From Sminthopsis crassicaudata (Eukaryota): DNA of 64,000 nt. Position numbers and translations under genes: made by a program. The stretch is taken from positions 655,419,744 to 655,483,743 of the forward strand of contig NC_133619.1 in NCBI RefSeq assembly GCF_048593235.1, given 5' to 3'. Below are positions 60,030 to 64,000 of the stretch, piece by piece; position 1 is the first letter of the stretch, and each line of letters starts with the position of its first letter. A model generated the notes under the pieces. It worked only from the letters and a program-made list of their open reading frames with translations. It did not search any database and was not told where the DNA came from.

Positions 60030-62260
60030 AACAAAATTAACTGAAGAGATATATACTATCTTTCCATATGGAGATAAAAAAAATTCTAATTCAGGAAAAA
60101 ATATTGCAGGCAAATACAGAAAAGTATAAATTTAACTTGCCCAGATGTCTATGCAAATCAGTGAAACAATCCAACAACAATAAAGTGCAGACAAGACGAG
60201 AAAAAAACCTAATTTTTTGTCTATAAGAAACATACTTAAATTGCAAAGACATGAACAAAATAGAATTGAGAGACGAGAAGAAAAATTGACCACAGAACAG
60301 TTGATTTTCCCAAAGTTGGAATTGAAGGCTATATGACCGATCAAAAAACAATTATTCACACGATAAGGAAAAGGAAACAACTGCCCTGTGCATAAAGGGA
60401 ATAATAAACGACAAATAGATATCAATATAAAACATATACACTCAATTTAAAAAGAAAAATAGCTAAATTAAAACATGTAGACAGTAATGCAAAAATAAGA
60501 AGGAACCTTAAGGTCCCTCTCTAAGTTCCAGATAAAATCAATACAAAATCAAGCAAAAGCAAATAAGATCATTGAAAACATTGCTGGAGAAAGTGGAACT
60601 AAAAGACTTTTTGACATCCTAACAACTTATACTGCCACAAAATGTACCAACTCCTCACAACCACGTGCAACTTTTATAAAAATTGGCAATGCATAGGAGC
60701 CTAAGGTATGTTGCAAATAAAGCAAATAAATGCAAGAGTAGTAAACATTTCTTTTACTGCCCATAAATAAAAATAGGAATCATTATACCGAGCATAAAGA
60801 AAAGCTGCAGATTGAAATAATGATTTACAATAAAATCTAAAATAAAGACTGTCTCAAAGAAATAAAGAAATAAAAGAATAGCATTTTATAATAATATGAA
60901 ATTTATGGGAAGCAATCTTCAGGAAGCAAAAAAAAAAAGCACACATTATAACACACACATTAACAAAATAGAAAAAGGAAAGAGTAATAAAGCAGATATG
61001 ATTTCCTAAACATTAGAAAAATACAAGACAATTTATAATAAGAATAACATGGGAGATGTTTTAAAATAGAGGAGAAATAGATAAACTAAAAAAAAAAATT
61101 TGGAAAAGATACAAATTTAAGATGTTTCAAAAGATGAACAAAATAAATAAACATTTAGCCAAATTGGTAAAAGAGGACAGGAGAGGATTCAGGGAAGATT
61201 ACAGATTATGTCAGAAAAATTTTACCTCTCCACACTTCCTCCTCAAGCAAGACATAATTGCATCTCAGGGAAAACATGGACCCATTAAAAAATAAATATG
61301 AGTTGGAATACAACAGTAGTCTTCCAGAGACCAGGAGGGAGGTTTGGCTCTTGAAAAGTATAAACTTCTCCAAGCTAACACCACTGAAAGAGCAAGGAGT
61401 GAGCCTTAGGGCTAGTTGGGTTAGAAGATAACATCAACTCAACTTTCCCCTAGACAGTATGCAGAGTTGGACTTCTGAGTTGGGGAACATGAAGGAAATC
61501 TCAGCTGATAAGGGACACCAGGCCCAGCTGTGCTTCCTCCTTGCAGCCCTGCATGAGAAGGAGCTAGCACATTCCTGATCAATACAGAAGCAGTGGGAAG
61601 GGATTCTGGCTACACTCATTCACAGAAGAGTGAAGTTCTTGGTTTCAGGTTCCAGGTCAGAGGGGAGAACTGAGGGAGCACCTGAGGCCAGAGACCCCAT
61701 GTCCCATACCTCAGGATTAGGGGGGATTCCAGTACTACTAGCATCTCACACCATGTGCCAAGAGAAGGTCAAAATGGGTAAATAATTTAGACAAAGGATA
61801 ACACCATAAACAAATTAGAAATGCATGGCAAAAGGTAGAATTTATTACCCAAAAAAGGATAGAGAAAATTATGAATGGTAAAAGAGATAATATTGATTTC
61901 ATGGAATTAATTTTTTTCCCAAACAACATCAATATATCAAAAATTAAAAGGGAAATAAGAAACTGGAGAAAACATTTTAGGGTAAATTTCTCGAATAAAG
62001 CCCTTATGTTTCCCAATTATTTAGGGAATTTAACTAAATTTATTAAGATAAGGGTCATTCCCTAATTGGGAAGTGCTTGAAGTTTATGAACAGGCAGTTT
62101 TTAGAATGAAAAATCAAAACTATTCATGATCATATAAAAATGCTCTAAATCGCATATTTAGAGAAATGTAAATTAAAACAACTCTGAGGCAACACCTCCA
62201 AGGGGCATATGTGTAAATGGATGTATTTAAGCCCAACTCTGCCAAAAAAAATCATTATAT
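60030..62260 (+). mobile_element. Old fragmented LINE-1 sequence
   Basis: A-rich degenerate ORF2-like stretches (60030-61170, 61730-62260); no intact ORF. Confidence 0.55.
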
Positions 62261-64000
62261 ATAATAATAAACCCAAGAGTGAAGAAAGGTAATTGTTCTC
62301 CCAAGTGAGGGAATTAGGACCGTGAATTGTTAACTGTAGAATTTGACACTGACTCACATTGACTCCATCTTATCACTCAATTCTGTAGCTAGCTTGGTTT
62401 CTATTCGATTATGAATCCAATTTCTATCAAAACAAAAAAAAATTTGCATTGGTTGAATTCAGCCCTGCATGGCTAAGGAACTAAACCATCTATTCATTCT
62501 ACTTAGAGGTTCTTACCCAATAACCTTGGTTACATTGACTTGAAATTGAGTCAGATTCAAAGACTGACCCAAGAAATTTTCTCACAGTGGTGCATCTCAA
62601 GTAATCTGTTTTATGTGAAAACTGGCCCTGGACTAATCAATCAGTTTTCATATTTCATTTCCATGTTCAATTGATTCTTTTCAGACATTTTGGGCAAGGG
62701 AGCATCTCATTTTCTGAATTCAAGGAACTATTCCTGTTCACTCTACCTTTCTCAACTTGGAAGCTGTCTAGCCTTTAATACTACTAGAATTCAGATTACC
62801 TGATGGTTTATTCTTTCTTTTTAATTAGCATTTTTAATATTTGAAAACTTCTATCTCCCCTTGTATTCATGGTGAAGGCCTAAGCTAAGCAGATCTGATT
62901 TCAGTTAGTGAGACAATTGGAATGCATTGGTTAATGAATCTCAGAAGATCAAATCAATGTTTTCTCAATCAAATATTTATATTATGCTTTTGTAATTTCA
63001 TGAAATCAAAATTATCACATAAATTTTTTTAATAATTTACTAGAGCAGAGCTATTATTTAGTTAAACTCAAAAGTGGAAAGATAGATTTCATCACTTTAC
63101 ATAATGCCATAGTAAAAGTAGTCATGATAAAGAGATAAACAGAGGAAGTATATTATTCTTAAAATCATCATAAATACTTATATTCCTGAAAATTGTTTTC
63201 AGAGCCTCATTTAAGTGCTAATATTTTGCCTCATAATCATTTTCCTTAATGAAATTTCCTGTCACTCTTCTATGCTCTAGTCTTTTAAAATTGTGTTATT
63301 TAATCTTCACCTTCTTTTTTATTCTGTCTTCAAGAATCTTTGTTGAATGTTCTTTTGATTACACTGTGAAAAATGATATGTTTGATATTTCTGTTTTCCA
63401 GTCCTTTGTGTGTAGAGGGGATTGTTTGTTATAAATCTGCCATATACAGTTAAGTGTGTAGATATCTTTATATTGCCATTCATTTATTTCCAAAGAGCTA
63501 GTATTTCTAATTTTCCTAAAGTTTTATTCAAATCATTATTTATAATTTTGTTAGACTTGTCTGGGTCTAAAAGTTTAGATTGAAGTCCCTAAATGTTACA
63601 ATTCTCCATATATTTCTCCTTCCAATCTGGTTAATTACTCCTTTAAATATTTAGATACTTCAGTAGTGGGGTAAGAATGGATAACTTATATAGTGAATAA
63701 GATTATTTCAATCAAAGATTTTGAATTAAGAAGGAAAACCTCTTTGAAGTATCATTGACAATTACCATTTCAGTTGAAATTGGAGCAAGAGAGACCTGGA
63801 GAAGTGACTGGGACTGATTGGTGGGATAAAGAATTGCAGTACTCAAAACAGCTCCCAACTTGTGCTTAGGGTGAGGATATAATTTCTCCTGATTCTCTTC
63901 TCTTGGAATGAATGAGGAAAAGACTACATGGCATCATTTGTTCCAGTGACTTTTGAGTGTCCGTAAGAATGCAGCAGTTTTTAGAAAGCAATGTTAGGGG

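Overview
Marsupial genomic DNA, most likely dasyurid (judged from the tRNA-derived SINEs, L1 3' ends and LTR styles), with five N-gaps. The right half holds an intact four-coding-exon KRAB-C2H2 zinc-finger gene (minus strand, ~710 aa, 20 fingers) among SINEs, L1s and solo LTRs. The left half is a mosaic of segmental duplications containing: (i) an intronless, CpG-rich, diverged T-box gene of the TBX21/EOMES subfamily starting 38 bp after a solo LTR, broken by a single 1-bp deletion; (ii) an intronless SMG5-like copy with a TATA promoter, broken only by small indels, inside an apparent ~4-kb tandem unit next to palindromic TCC/GGA arrays; (iii) a TATA-driven, spliced, internally duplicated acidic gene I cannot assign, whose flanks recur in paralogous blocks; (iv) a TCEA1 processed pseudogene, two V2R exon relics, a possible HMG-box relic and an unassigned CpG island. 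All family assignments come from recalled protein sequences, not database searches. Repeat boundaries are approximate.
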